Notes: a model not told the origin generated them from the sequence alone. Positions 42,430 through 55,443 are shown, counted from the stretch's first letter. The stretch: 64,000 nt of DNA from Eledone cirrhosa (GCA_964016885.1 OZ024753.1:3286001-3350000), one strand, 5' to 3'. Made by a program: numbers and translations.

Positions 42430-42713
42430 GGAGGCACGTGGCCTAGTGGTAAGAGTGTTGGACTTACGATCATAATGTCGTGGGTTCGATTCCTGGGCTG
42501 CGTGTTGTGTTCTTGAGCAAAACACTTCATTTCACGTTGCTCCAGTATACTCAGCTCAAAATGAGTACCAGCAATAGGTTTAACCCTGCGATGGACTGGC
42601 GTCCTGTCCAGGGAGCAGTCTTGTACTCTCAGTCGCTTCACGCCATGAAACCGGGATAAGCACCGGCCAAATGAGCCTTCTGGCTTTAGACAGACTTTAG
42701 ACTTTTTTATTAG
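42430..42713 (+). mobile_element. SINE family C, full length
   Basis: A-box TGGCCTAGTGG, B-box GGTTCGATTCC, CORE-like domain, AGACTTT-repeat tail, TSD ACCACCCTCTTT (42418-42429 and 42714-42725). Confidence 0.9.
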
Positions 42714-43618
42714 ACCACCCTCTTTGCTATATATATTTACTGTTAGGTATGTACTGAACCAATTAAAGATACGTGTCATGGCCACAGACATATAACTGAG
42801 ACTGGCTAACTGGTAATGAATCATAGACCAACGATAAAATATTTCAGTTTTGCGTGGTTTACAATATTACAGAGAAGGAAAGTGTAGATATATATGTTAG
42901 TAGCAGAACCTAATAATGTGCCAATGGTTACACTAGAATTAATAAAACTAGGTGAAGCAAGATCCATACATAGTAGATTTATTTCCTAATGAAGCAGAGA
43001 ACCGATTATCAACGGTTCAACGGCTTCAGTCCAGTTAATTGGTCCCTTCCTACGCTTTTCATTTTTAGTATATTTTCTACCCTTTTTCCTTTTCTATCTA
43101 TATTTCCCTAATGGCCATATAATGAGGATTTCGTAGACTCCACCCTCTCTATCTGTATCTAGCTCTCTCTCCTCCCCCTCTCCCTCTGTTTCACCCCATC
43201 TCTGTGTTTCACCACCATCTCCCTGTCTCACCCTCATCTCTCTGTGGAACCATTCTCTTTCCCTTTTCTTTTTTCTATTTCTATCCTCTGCAATTTCCTC
43301 AATTTGTTGGTTATTGATCCCTGTTAGACCACTATCTTTACGTTTGATACACTTTCATTTGTACGAGATTGTGTATGCGTAATCACACGCGCACACAAAC
43401 ACTTATTTATATAGATATGCGCACACATAAAGACACGTACATATACACTCATATATAAATACACATACACACAAGCACACACACCCACACGTGTACATAC
43501 ACGCACACACACACATATGTGTGTGCGTGTGTGTGAGAGATTTTGTATGTGTAATCACACGTACACACAAACACTTATTTATATAGATATGCACACAAAC
43601 AAACACACACACACACAT

Positions 43619-43657
<39 letters not shown>

Positions 43658-43668
43658 CATACACGTAT

Positions 43669-43699
<31 letters not shown>

Positions 43700-43755
43700 C
43701 GCGTGCACAGACACACATACACACATACACACACATGCATATATGTATATATATA

Positions 43756-43946
43756 TAGTTATGTAATAAACAACATAAGATAATTATTTCATTTACCAAT
43801 GGTTTCTTGAAGACAGATGTTTATGTCTGTCTTCAAGAAACCATTGGTAAATGAATTAATTATCTTATGTTGTTTATTACATAACTAAAAAGCTCTGTAG
43901 CCTACATAAAGCACTCTCTTTTCCTTTCCTACGGAAATACTTCATT

Positions 43947-43947
<1 letters not shown>
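43756..43947 (+). mobile_element. Fold-back element between (TA)n runs
   Basis: 62-bp arms 43756-43817 and 43826-43887 (one mismatch) plus a 60-nt tail; the right arm contains GAAACCATTGGTA, resembling the 3' half of a hammerhead. Confidence 0.7.
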
Positions 43948-44004
<57 letters not shown>

Positions 44005-44451
44005 AACGGAAAAAATGAAACGAAATTTCATTTCCCACTCTTAGTACGGCTGTTACTTAAATATAAGTATGTACACGTACATACATATATGTATACAGAC
44101 GTACAGTAGTATGTGTATATATATATATACATACATGCACACACATATATATATGTACGTATGGATTCACCGAACATTTATTATAATGCTCGGTGTGTTT
44201 GTAAACAAACATCCCGTATTAAGCCGTAGTGTCTAGCAACCATCGTTGCTCGTTTGTCCAACACTGACAAAGGAACGCTGTACTAGTTTCAAGCTTATTA
44301 GCTATCGTCAGCAACGTATACCTTCCTGCCAGATTGTTGAACGAATATACTTACCTTATGCATATTAACGGCTGAGTAGCCCAATTTGCATATCGAAATA
44401 AGTTCTTCTGAGTACTTTACTGGGATATACCCTTCATGATGTTGTATACTC

Positions 44452-44541
<90 letters not shown>

Positions 44542-45004
44542 AAATAGTAAAAAATTGTATATACACATACATACATATATACACACATATATATATATAT
44601 TAAATTACACACATACACACACGTATATGCGCACACGCAAATGAATGCACACATAATACAGGGGGTGGGGCGTAGCTAGCTAACGAGGTGGGAAGAAAGT
44701 GGTAGACTCGAGCCGAGCGCAGGTGCTTGGGGTGCAAACTTTCCTATAGTTTATAATCCCTGTTAATTAATGTGATGGCGTCAAAATATATCCCGACCCC
44801 CTTTCACACGGATCACTGGTAAGCCTTCCAACGCTTCTGTACAAGCAATGCACATATATTACCTTCTGTTGTCTAAAGTAGTTTTCAATTAGAATAAACT
44901 ATTGGATATATGAAAATATTTTTACTACTCTCACACCGAATGAATAAATGAATGAATGAATAAAAACGAAATGTGTCTAGACTATACGTATATTGTATAT
45001 ATGT

Positions 45005-45120
45005 ATAGACCCGTAATTCCCTCCCGAGACAGTCATTAGGGCGCCGTATTGACATACGGCGTGTTTCGCCCATTTTAAACCTGGTGGCCCCCCATCTTTC
45101 TCTATATCTGAACACAGTCG
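45005..45120 (-). repeat. Unclassified ~120-bp dispersed repeat with GCCGTAT-N4-ATACGGC hairpin
   Basis: Homologous copies at 47276-47392 (+) and 53869-53985 (+). Confidence 0.7.
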
Positions 45121-45224
45121 ATTTCTTCCAGGGAACGAGAAAGTCACTCCTATCTCCAGATACACTTGCATCGCTAATGCCATGGGCGTCTGTCAGTTTT
45201 ATATATGGGCGGTTCAGTTATTCG

Positions 45225-45357
45225 ATCAATGGAATAGTCTGTTCATTAAATTAACGTGTAAGTGGCTGAGCATTCCGCAAACCTGTATACCTCTAACGTA
45301 ATTCTCACGAAAGTTCACCGTCACACATGGTGTGACAAAGCTGGTCTATTGAATTAA
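45225..45357 (+). mobile_element. SINE-like dispersed repeat, family D fragment
   Basis: GTGGCTGAGCATTCC...AACGTAATTCTC; similar segments at ~40230-40350 (+) and ~35330-35470 (-). Confidence 0.55.
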
Positions 45358-46923
45358 TCGCCCAGTCCATCCGCCGGGCTTCCATGCAGTTCCCTTCTAC
45401 CCAATTTCACTCACAAGACATAGGTAAACCCGAAGCTATTTTAAATGGTGCTTGTTCAAGATGACAATGACACTCAGCGGAATCAAACCCGGAACCTAAT
45501 AATTGTGAGGCGAACCTCTTAACCAGTCAGCCATGCTATGTTTTCGATTCACTAATACCGTCTTATCAAATATCACCAAAGTTAAACATTCCACATACAC
45601 GTAGAAGGCAATTTACTTCATATATCTCCTTGCTACGATGCTATGACAGAATCAGCAAGCTACGAAATTTATTAGTGAATTTGTTCCTCTCAACGTCCTT
45701 TATTGCCTTTGTGAAATGTATGCTGCGAACGACATACTTACTTTCATGCTAAATCATTGAAGTTATCCGGAACATCTAAAAGCTTTATTTATATGTATTG
45801 AATCATCAAATATCAAAGAACATCGGTTAATGTGATGAGAAACTTTGAAAGCGAGTAGGAATTACTTAATCTAGATCTTCGGTCTATTGGATTTAATAAC
45901 AACAACAACAAAAAGAAAACCAATTGTTTCTCATGTAAGCTTTCTTGTTCTCGAGGGGGTGGGGGTGGGGGTGGGAGCTCGTGAACACTACCCCTTTCTT
46001 CAGATATAACAAATATACCTAATCTTTTTATTTTTATTTTTAAGAAGAAACTGAAGGTTGTAATGTTTGTGACTTATTAGGAGTGTTTGTGAAAGGTTTC
46101 ACCTTTAATTTAATGGGGGAAGTGGCAGGATCCATGACCCTTTTTAATGTTCTCAAAGACTAGTGTGAACGAAGGAAGAAGGTATCATTAAATTGAGACC
46201 TGGCCCAAATACTTGAGTAGATTCTCCTAAAGACACTCAAGGGACAAGGAACAGTGTTAATTTAAGTGACGGATTGAGTCTACCATAGATGCAATTCCAA
46301 ATAGATCGAGGACTTAACCTGCTCTTACGAACAATTGTATAAGATAATGTTTGTCCAAAGCACAGAGGCTCATCTGACCAGAACAACCGGTTTCATACAC
46401 TTTAAGAGATTGGGAGTAAAAGACGCTCCAGCCAACACAGGATAGGAAGACACTTTATCGCAGGATTAACTCCCTGTTGCTGCTCATGGTACTCATGACA
46501 AGGGCAGCGTAAAATGAATTGTTTTGCTCAAGAAGACAGCGCGCTACTTGGTCCAGGAATCAAACCCAGGACATTACGATCGTAATCCCAGCATCTTAAC
46601 CATTGCCTAACAATGACACAGCTCTAAAAGTGCAATTTCGAATACTCTAATAGTAAAATAGTTAAATCAACTTTATCAACTAGTGCCATGAAATATAGAG
46701 ATAACAGTTCCATGTTTCTCTCATTCCCACCCTCCCTTGATGTAAGATATAGTCACTTGCGCCTTAACTTCTATCACTGAGTAAAAACATCAATTACATG
46801 ATGAAGTTATATTTACATAAATCACTGACGTCGACCATCGACCCAATACTGATAACTGGACGTTTTCATGAGTTGTGCGAACGTTCAGAGAGAGAAACAG
46901 AGAGAGGGAGGGAGAGAGAGAGG

Positions 46924-46993
<70 letters not shown>

Positions 46994-47863
46994 AACTTCA
47001 TGATAGAGTATGTTTTAATGAAGTTTCATTTAAGTAAAGTGTCAATGTCGATAGCACGACGCCTGTTACATGTGTAAAAGAGTAATACCTGAGAATAGGT
47101 GCGAAGTTCTGTGGATTTGTGAGTATGTATACATATGCGGCAAAGGTCAACTTTGTCTTTCATCCATTCGAGGTCGATAAAAAAAAGTATCAGGCAAGAA
47201 CCGGGATCAATTCTTCTTTTATATCTCTTTCTCACCTCCAATCTCTCACTCCCTTTATTCTTCCCTGGAAGACATCTGCTGTATTCAGATCAGGTGAAGG
47301 ATGGGGTCCACCAGGCTTAAAAATGCGCAAAAGATGCCGTATTTCAATACGGCCGCGCAACGACTCCCCCGGGAGCTACAGGACCATGCATATATATGTA
47401 GGAAGTCAAATGTGTATAAATACGAGCGTGTTATTTCCCTAGTTTGTACAATTAAATAGATGTGTGAGTTTCCTAACGCCAACTGATGCTCTAACCACAG
47501 CCCACAGATGAGGTCTAATCGATTATTACAGATGATCAAAACATAAATACTCAATGTTAAATACATTTATTATCAGTTTTCTAAGCAATATCATCATCAG
47601 GTCGATCTCGCTCGGACATTCATGAGCCTAACTTGCCATCCATCACGATCAAGCATAAGTGTTGGGAGGTCATTAGGGGAGCATCCAGTGTCTCTACATA
47701 GTTGGTCGATATAAGCTAATTAATCACTTATATTTAGGACAACAGAAAAAGAAATGTAGGTTTTGAAGACATTAGCGAGGCACACATTTAGCTATACCTT
47801 TTGCAGTAGAGCAAATTCGTCAAAACGTATCTGCGTTTTGTCTTTCATTGGATGCCCTATATA

Positions 47864-48142
47864 CAGAGTGGGATTTAAGTATAAGCTAAACAAGCTATAG
47901 CTTAGGGCTATAGCTTAGGGCTATAGCTTAGGGCTCCCTACTTCCCCGAAAAAATTGAAAAAAAACGGTGTGTACATTTCCAAAATATAAGATAAAAAAG
48001 AACTAAAATAATGCAATAGTTTTAAACAGTTTTCTACCTTAATATTGAACGTTTTGCAGTTTTTATAACATTTTTTATAACATATAAAGGGCCCCATTAT
48101 CTCAAATAGCTTAGGGCCTCATCGAATCTAAATCCGGCCCTG
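47864..48142. mobile_element. hAT-type MITE
   Basis: TIRs CAGAGTGGGATTTA / TAAATCCGGCCCTG; exact 8-bp TSD CCTATATA; internal (GCTATAGCTTAGG)x3. Confidence 0.8.
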
Positions 48143-48417
48143 CCTATATACGTGTTGTTTTGTTTAATAGTTAATTCGGAATTCTGATAATGCACCCCCC
48201 CCCCCCCCCCCCTCTCTCTCTCTCTCTCTCATACACACTTCAAGTAAATAGATACTCCGTTAGTTTCAACAATTAACATTTCAGTTGTTCGATCAAATTA
48301 AACAATCTAGTATTTGAATTCAATAATATAAATGACTGTGTATTCCACAGACACGTGTATCTAAAGCGCAATCCGCCCGGGGGACACTATGGTATGAAAA
48401 CATTAACGTCATATATC

Positions 48418-48581
48418 CAGGGCCTCCAACAGAAATTTTACAAGGCGGTTCAAGACCCCTTCGGGTTCCGAAGCAGGAAAAGATTTTTCTGAAAATGGAT
48501 GTTGCATGGTTGCTATGGGACCTTCTTAGCTCTTGGGCCCCGGAACAAAGTACCGGATGGAGTCCCCTATCATAGGCCCTG
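48418..48581. mobile_element. hAT-type MITE
   Basis: TIRs CAGGGCCT / AGGCCCTG; TSD CATATATC / CATATATG (7 of 8 match). Confidence 0.7.
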
Positions 48582-48739
48582 CATATATGAAGCAAACCAC
48601 TAGCAGGAATCGAAACATTTTTTGCTAAACTATTTACGCCTTGCACAATGTCTTAGGCTACGTCTGATCTTTCTTACTAAACAATAGCAACATTAATAAA
48701 TAATACAAATATATTTTGGCTTCATTTTTATTTGCAATG

Positions 48740-48918
48740 AGTTTGTGGGTGTGCGTATGTGTGTGTGTGTGTGGAAGTGGGGTTTGTGTTTTGTATGGTG
48801 GTGGGGTTGTGTGGGTGTATGTATGGAAGTGGAGTTGTGTCTGTGTGTATATATGGAGGTGTGGTTGCGTCTATGTGTATGGGCGTGGGGTTGTGTCCGT
48901 GTGTATATATGGAGGAGG

Positions 48919-48970
<52 letters not shown>

Positions 48971-49891
48971 GTGTGCGTGCGTGCGTGTGTGTATGTGCAT
49001 GCGTGTGTGGTGCTGGGTTGTATGTGTGCGTATGGAAGGGGTTGTGTGTGTGTGTGTGTGACGTGTTTGTGTAGCTGCGATGTGTGTGATTGTGTGGTTG
49101 TGTGTCTGTCCACTGGTTGTGTGTCTGTCCACTGTTTATGTGTGATTGTGTGTGTCTGTGTGAGATTGTGTGGTTGTGTGTCTGTCCACTGTTTATGTGT
49201 GATTGTGTGTGTCTGTGTGAGATTCCGTGATTGAGTGTCTGTCCACTGTATGTGTGTATTTGTGTCTGTGTTGGCAAGATGTCAATGTATAACTGCGTGT
49301 GTATGGGTTTGTGAAATATATGATGTGTGTCAGTGTGTGACTGTGTGCGTTTGTGTAATGTTTGTGTGATTTTGCGTGACTATGTTTGTGTGTCTGTGTG
49401 AATATTTGCCTATCTCTGTGAATGGGTGTCTGTCTATGTCTGTGATGTGTCTGAGTGACGTATGACTGCGCATGTGTATCTGTTTATGTATGTGATGTGT
49501 CTGAGTGACGTATGACTGCGCATGTGTATCTGTTTATGTCTGTGATGTGTCTGAGTGACGTATGACTGCGCATGTGTATCTGTTTATGTCTGTGATGTGT
49601 GTCTGTCTACGTTTGTGATGAGTCTGAGCGATGTATCAGTGTCTGTCTGTGTATCTGTGTATCTGTGTATCTGTGTATCTGTGTGTGTGTATATATATAT
49701 ATGTGTATCTATGTGTCTGTGTATGTGTATCTGCGTATATGTGTGTATGTGTGTGCGTGTGTGTATGTATGTGTGTATCTGTGTATGTGTATGTGTGTGT
49801 GTATGCGCGTATATGTATATATGTGTGTGTGTGTGTGTGTGCGTGTATGTATGTGTGTATCTGTGTATGTGTCTGTGTGTGTTTATGCGTA

Positions 49892-49922
<31 letters not shown>

Positions 49923-49925
49923 GTG
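48740..49925. repeat. (TG)n-derived compound satellite with ~50-bp tandem units at 49085-49250 and 49440-49600
   Basis: Direct inspection. Confidence 0.9.
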
Positions 49926-50364
49926 AGTTCTTTTCGACTGGAACAATTTATCCTCACAGTGTGTAGCTACGGCAATTGCAAAGAAGGAGTCTTTCTCTTC
50001 AATAAATGACCACAGTTATATTGTAATTACTACTTCTAAAATGAGCATCAAACACAGATTCTGTTAATACTGACAAATATAACAATTATCTAAAATTGTA
50101 CGGCAGAGATAGCACTAGCAAACAGCAAATTGGATTATTTTGGCTTCGACTGAAATCATTTGAACTACTGTGTGATGCTGCAATTAAGCGAAGGAAATTT
50201 AATCTATTTTACACATGAAAATAGAGTTTACGTAGCAACAACAGTCTACATACTACAACTCATGCCCGTCCGCGTCCGCCCGCCAAAATTTCTGGCGTAC
50301 ACATAAATTAAACGAATTAAAGAAGTATGTATGTATTCAAATATATATAAATTTATATATATAA

Positions 50365-50408
<44 letters not shown>

Positions 50409-50437
50409 ATAATAATATTTCAGAATAATAATATTTC

Positions 50438-50492
50438 AGAGTTTCAGAAGATCCCGTTAAGGGTGAAAGCAGCGATTCTTTGCTTAAACTTT
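50438..50492 (+). ncRNA. Type-I hammerhead fold with one core substitution (CAGAAGA)
   Basis: AGAGTTT-CAGAAGA-T-CCC-GTTAA-GGG-T-GAA-AGCA-GCGATTCTT-TGCT-T-AAACTTT; in a ~100-bp island between two (TA)n runs. Confidence 0.6.
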
Positions 50493-50506
50493 AATCTGTT
50501 ATTTTA

Positions 50507-50563
<57 letters not shown>

Positions 50564-50630
50564 CACACATATATATATATATATACATACAAAGAGATAT
50601 TCCTGCAGATACATAAATATATAAACACAT

Positions 50631-50662
<32 letters not shown>

Positions 50663-50750
50663 GTGTGTATGTTTGTATGTGTGTATGTATGTATGTATGT
50701 ATGTATGTATGTATGTATGTATGTATGTATGTATGTATGTATGTATGTAT

Positions 50751-50908
50751 GTCAAGGCAGAATTCTAGGAGAAGGAAAACTCTGATATAACACCTGCAAC
50801 CCTGATGGTATCCAATGATGTTGACTTGTTCTTCTTTTTGGTAAATATCATCTTGGTTAAGAGAGTGGGACTGGCTTTGTGCAGTGCCTTTGCTCACTAT
50901 AAAAGCTT
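50751..50908 (+). mobile_element. Internal fragment of the bipartite RTE-derived element
   Basis: Near-identical to 51741-51898. Confidence 0.8.
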
Positions 50909-50921
50909 ATATATATATATG

Positions 50922-50960
<39 letters not shown>

Positions 50961-51568
50961 ATGTGTAGATGTATATATATATGTATGTATATGTGTATGT
51001 ATGTGTGTGTATATATATATATATATATATGTAAGTTAGACATGGCCTGGGCCAATACTGGCCAAAACATTTCAAAGTTATTCAAAGTTCAAAGTTATAT
51101 GTATGTATGTATGTATATGTATGTGTATGTATATGTGTATGTATATATATATGTATATATGTATATATATATGTATGTGTATTTATATACATGTTTCATT
51201 TCAAAATGAAATGAAGTATGTATATATATGTGTGTATGTATGTATATATGTATATATGTATGTATATATATGTGTGTGTATATGTATATATGTATGTATA
51301 TATGTATATGTGTATATATATATGTATGTATATATATATGTGTGTATATATATGTGTATATATATATGTATGTATGTGTATATGTATGTATGTATATATG
51401 TATGTATATGTATATGTACGTATGTATATATGTATGTATGTATGTATATGTATGTGTGTATGTATGTATGTATATGTGTATGTATGTGTATGTATATGTG
51501 TGTATATATATGTGTGTGTATATATGTGTGTATATATATGTATGTATGTATATATATGTGTGTATGTT

Positions 51569-51600
<32 letters not shown>

Positions 51601-51605
51601 TGTAT

Positions 51606-52154
51606 CCCAGTACAACCTGACCCATGGTCGGGTCGGGTCGTTGGCGACTAAACTAAACACAAGACCTGTCAAAGGGCAAAGGAGCTCTTAGGAGTCAATG
51701 GCCATCCAAAATCACCGGGAGAGATGACCCCTTAGCCTTTGTCAAGGCAGAATTCTAGGAGAAGGAACACTCTGATATAACACCTGCAACCCTGATGGTA
51801 TCCAATGATGTTGACTTGTTCTTCTTTTTGGTAAATATCATCTTGGTTAAGAGAGTGGGACTGGCTTTGTGCAGTGCCTTTGCTCACTATAAAAGCTTCA
51901 CGGCACAGGCATTGCTTTATATCTGGAGATCTCTCTGCACTTGTCGTCACATGGTACCATGGGCCTAGCACTGTGTGTCAATAATTGTCACAGGTGCAGT
52001 GTTTGTACCAGAGTTTTCAAGTCGCTGGCTGGACTAAAGTCACATTCGTTCAGCGCATCGGTAGGGGTTCTCCTACATGGATATAAAGTAGTGGCCGTAC
52101 TCGAAAACGAGTTGGCAGCCACCATGTATGTATGTATGTATGTATGTATGTATG
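51606..52154 (+). mobile_element. Bipartite non-autonomous RTE-derived retroelement with (ATGT)n tail
   Basis: Homologous to 30672-31222; finger CSVCTRVFKSLAGLKSH (frameshifted after it); 3' GGCAGCCACC(ATGT)n. Confidence 0.8.
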
Positions 52155-54841
52155 TATGTATGTATGTATGTATGAGTGTACATATTTATATGTGCAAATG
52201 TGTATGTATGTGTATTAGTAGACTCTCACATACTTATACAATATGGCTGACTGAAAAGTATCGTCTTTAAGGCTTATTTCAAGTTTGCAAGCATTGAACT
52301 CTCCATACAATCAAGTCTAAGATGGCCACCCATTTATAAACGGTGAATCCGTAGTGTTGTTGGGATGGAGGGAGTAGTGTAGTCTCCCCCGGGCGACATT
52401 GTTATGGGGTGCGGTACTTCTGGGTGTGTTGAATATATTGGAGCATATATTGGAGCGGGGGAATGCGGCAAATTGGAGGTTTGCTCCGGCTGGCACACAC
52501 TCTATCTACAACACTGCATTGACCTATTGTTTAGGCACATCGGATTTAGATGCCAAAGTTTTTTCTTTGAACATATCGTAATGGACACTACCGGCATTAC
52601 TGGTTCTCGTACCACCTCACCACTTGCTGTTATAGGGGAAGGTTTGATTACACGCAGGAGTCAGCCCCATGAATTGGAATGGCTATGTCAACGCACTCAT
52701 CTCGCTGTCATCCGGCTAACGCTTTTTCTATCCTGTCTGTTGACTCCTCGGGACGGCTTGCGCTTAGTTTTCAGCACTGAATTGAGCATTCTCCGACACT
52801 GTCTGAACTCGTTTCGAGGTACAATCTTTGCTTCAAGGCTTTGATCGGTAATTCGTTGAATAAACAATACTTGGACGACAACTATACATATGCATATTAT
52901 ATCACGTTATTCTGATTTACTTCTAACTGTTTAGATGATCAAAATATAACTAGTGGATGCAATTTAACAGGAGTAAAACTGTGGGAATATGTTGTTCAGA
53001 TGATAAACTTAATACGTCACCACTTATTAACACTACACCGTGGTTCTTCAGTTTCTTTAGTGGAGATGACTTTGTTACAAGCGCTCGTGTCAGGCATCTA
53101 GTCTGAGAATCACCTCGCCCAGAAGCACCGAAGAACCTGAACAAGACCTTTGGGTTCTACACTTCCGGCTAGAAACATCAAGAGAGCCAGAAATAAAAGG
53201 GATAGTGCCGTTAGAATCTCATAACATGTTAAAAAATGATCATCACTTAATCCTTTGGTTATCACAGTCCTATTGGAAATCACGGCCTATTAAGTAATAA
53301 AGAATTGTGAAGGGAGTTAAAGAAATAACAGACTCTCTCATTATTAAGCTTGTGTAGGACGGTGGATTATCAGAGACATTAGAGCGAATTCAAATGCTGC
53401 CGAGGTCACCTTTGTCTTTCATCGTCCCGTGAACGATACAATTCAGTACCAGTTTATTACTAGGGTAATTCCAGGTAGGTTGGTATCACAATGGTTAACA
53501 CCCCAAAGTATGAACGATGTATGAGAATTTGTAGTAATTAAATGTTGTGCGTTTATTTGTATCAGACCGAAATATGAAAGGGAAAAAGAAGAATGTTTTA
53601 TTTAAGCAATAGACATAGCAGCCATTTGTAGAGCATTTATATCACAACAATAAGCGGCGAATTGGCAGAGTCGTTAGAGCGTCGAATAGAATGCTTTATA
53701 GTTTTCGTTCCAGCTCTCTGCTTTCCGAGTTTAAATCCCGCCGAGGTCAACTTTGCCTTTCATCCTTTCGCTGTAGAAAAAAGTATCAGTCAAGTACTGG
53801 GTAGATTCTTCCTCTATATCTCTTTCTCATTTCCTCTCTCTCACTTTCTATCTTTCTCTGAAAGAAATCTGCTGTACTCAGGCCTGGAGAGGAGATGGGC
53901 TCCGCCAGGCTTTAAATGCCCCCAAAACGCCGTATGTCATTACGGCGCCCCTACGACTCGGTCAGGAGTTTCGACATCATACATACATATACACATTTCA
54001 TAACAATCGGCCTAAATTAAAAGAAAACAAAATCATTCACTACTCGCTTTTCTCGAACTCAGATCAAAGTCTCTTGCTCTCTTTCTCTCATTTTATGTCC
54101 AGCTTAGTTTTTCGAGTTTATATAAACTACGTACTTGCTTACAATTTAGGTTAATTATAGCCAGACCTCGGAGGTTGAAAATACATTCTCTTCAATTTCT
54201 TTTCTGCCATAATACGAACAAGAAACTGTGAGAGGTGTCAGTCGCCTGAACAATCATTAAATAAAATGTAATTACTGTAATGTTAATGCTATGAGGAAAA
54301 CATAACAGTAGCATAGGTATAAATCCTTAATGTTTGAAATTATTAACGCTCAGGTACATGTGAACTTCTGTTTTGACTATATATTTGATTCGTTTGTCTA
54401 TAGAAACATCAAATAAAAGGTGTTCACCTTTGAAGAACAACTGAAGTGAAGTTAAACTGTTCACCTTTAGCTGTGTTTTACAGACAACCTAATATAATAA
54501 AGTTAATGTATGAGACGAACGCATCAAGGAAAACTAAACCTTCTATAAACGGATTATAATACATATAAGAAATAAGATTCGTCTGAGAGCACTGAAGCAA
54601 AGTACGATTATTCACTCCTCTCTCTCCCTCTTTCTCTCTCCCCCTCTCTATCCCCTCTCTCTTTCTCTCTCCCTCTTTGTCTTTACTTATAAAGAGTTCT
54701 GGGGGTGAATTCAAGTCTGTAGAATTTATTGCAATGCCAAAAATGTATTTTCGCATACACCTGCATAATTCTAGTCGCATAAACACACGCAGTTGCACAT
54801 TCGCAACTAAAAAACATACACACACATATATCGTAAATCTA

Positions 54842-54964
<123 letters not shown>

Positions 54965-55150
54965 CCCATGCTTATTGGTATAATCAATCTTCAAATAAAT
55001 TACAGCAACATAACTTAAATCAACAAAATCAATATCATCTCTTCAAGTACTGGATAGGTTTCATTATTCCACACAATGGTGAACGGCTATATATATATTT
55101 ATCAAGTACTGGTAGTTAAGACGGGATTAAATCACCATAAATGTTTATTC

Positions 55151-55199
55151 CATGATATATATTTCTGTTACATGATTATTCATGCGACTTCGTCAGACG
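55151..55199 (-). ncRNA. Decayed minimal type-I hammerhead fold
   Basis: CGT-CTGACGA-AGTCGCATG-AATAAT-CATGTAACA-GAAA-TATATA-TC-ATG followed by AATAAA; palindromic loop III. Confidence 0.5.
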
Positions 55200-55244
55200 C
55201 TTATGCAACCATTGTGATATGCTGGAGGCCCTGCACATCTATTT

Positions 55245-55443
55245 AATATAGAAATGGCTTGTACAGGACTAGAACAATTTCATTCGAAGAAAATCATCAG
55301 GACAGCTTTCTTGATAATTTCCCTCGAATGAAACAGTTCTAGTCCTGTAGAAGCTATTTCTTTATAAAATTGTGTTGTATATACTCTACTAATTGCATTG
55401 AGTAAGTTATTTGCTGTGGCTACCCGCATTTGAACCCAGGACT
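55245..55443 (+). mobile_element. Diverged second copy of the 14331 fold-back hammerhead family
   Basis: TACAGGACTAGAAC...TCATCAGG / GAATGAAACAGTTCTAGTCCTGTAGAA, followed by the same tail (ATACTCT..ATTGAGTA..CTGTGG.TACC..AACCC.G). Confidence 0.75.

Noticed and set aside
44347-44356. ATACTTACCT, identical to the 5' end of U1 snRNA
   Set aside because: The following sequence does not match U1; it is simply the complement of a consensus splice donor.
45030-45072. GAAAC...GTC...CTAATGA in the 120-bp repeat, suggesting a permuted hammerhead
   Set aside because: These nucleotides are not conserved in the other two copies and the stems do not fit.
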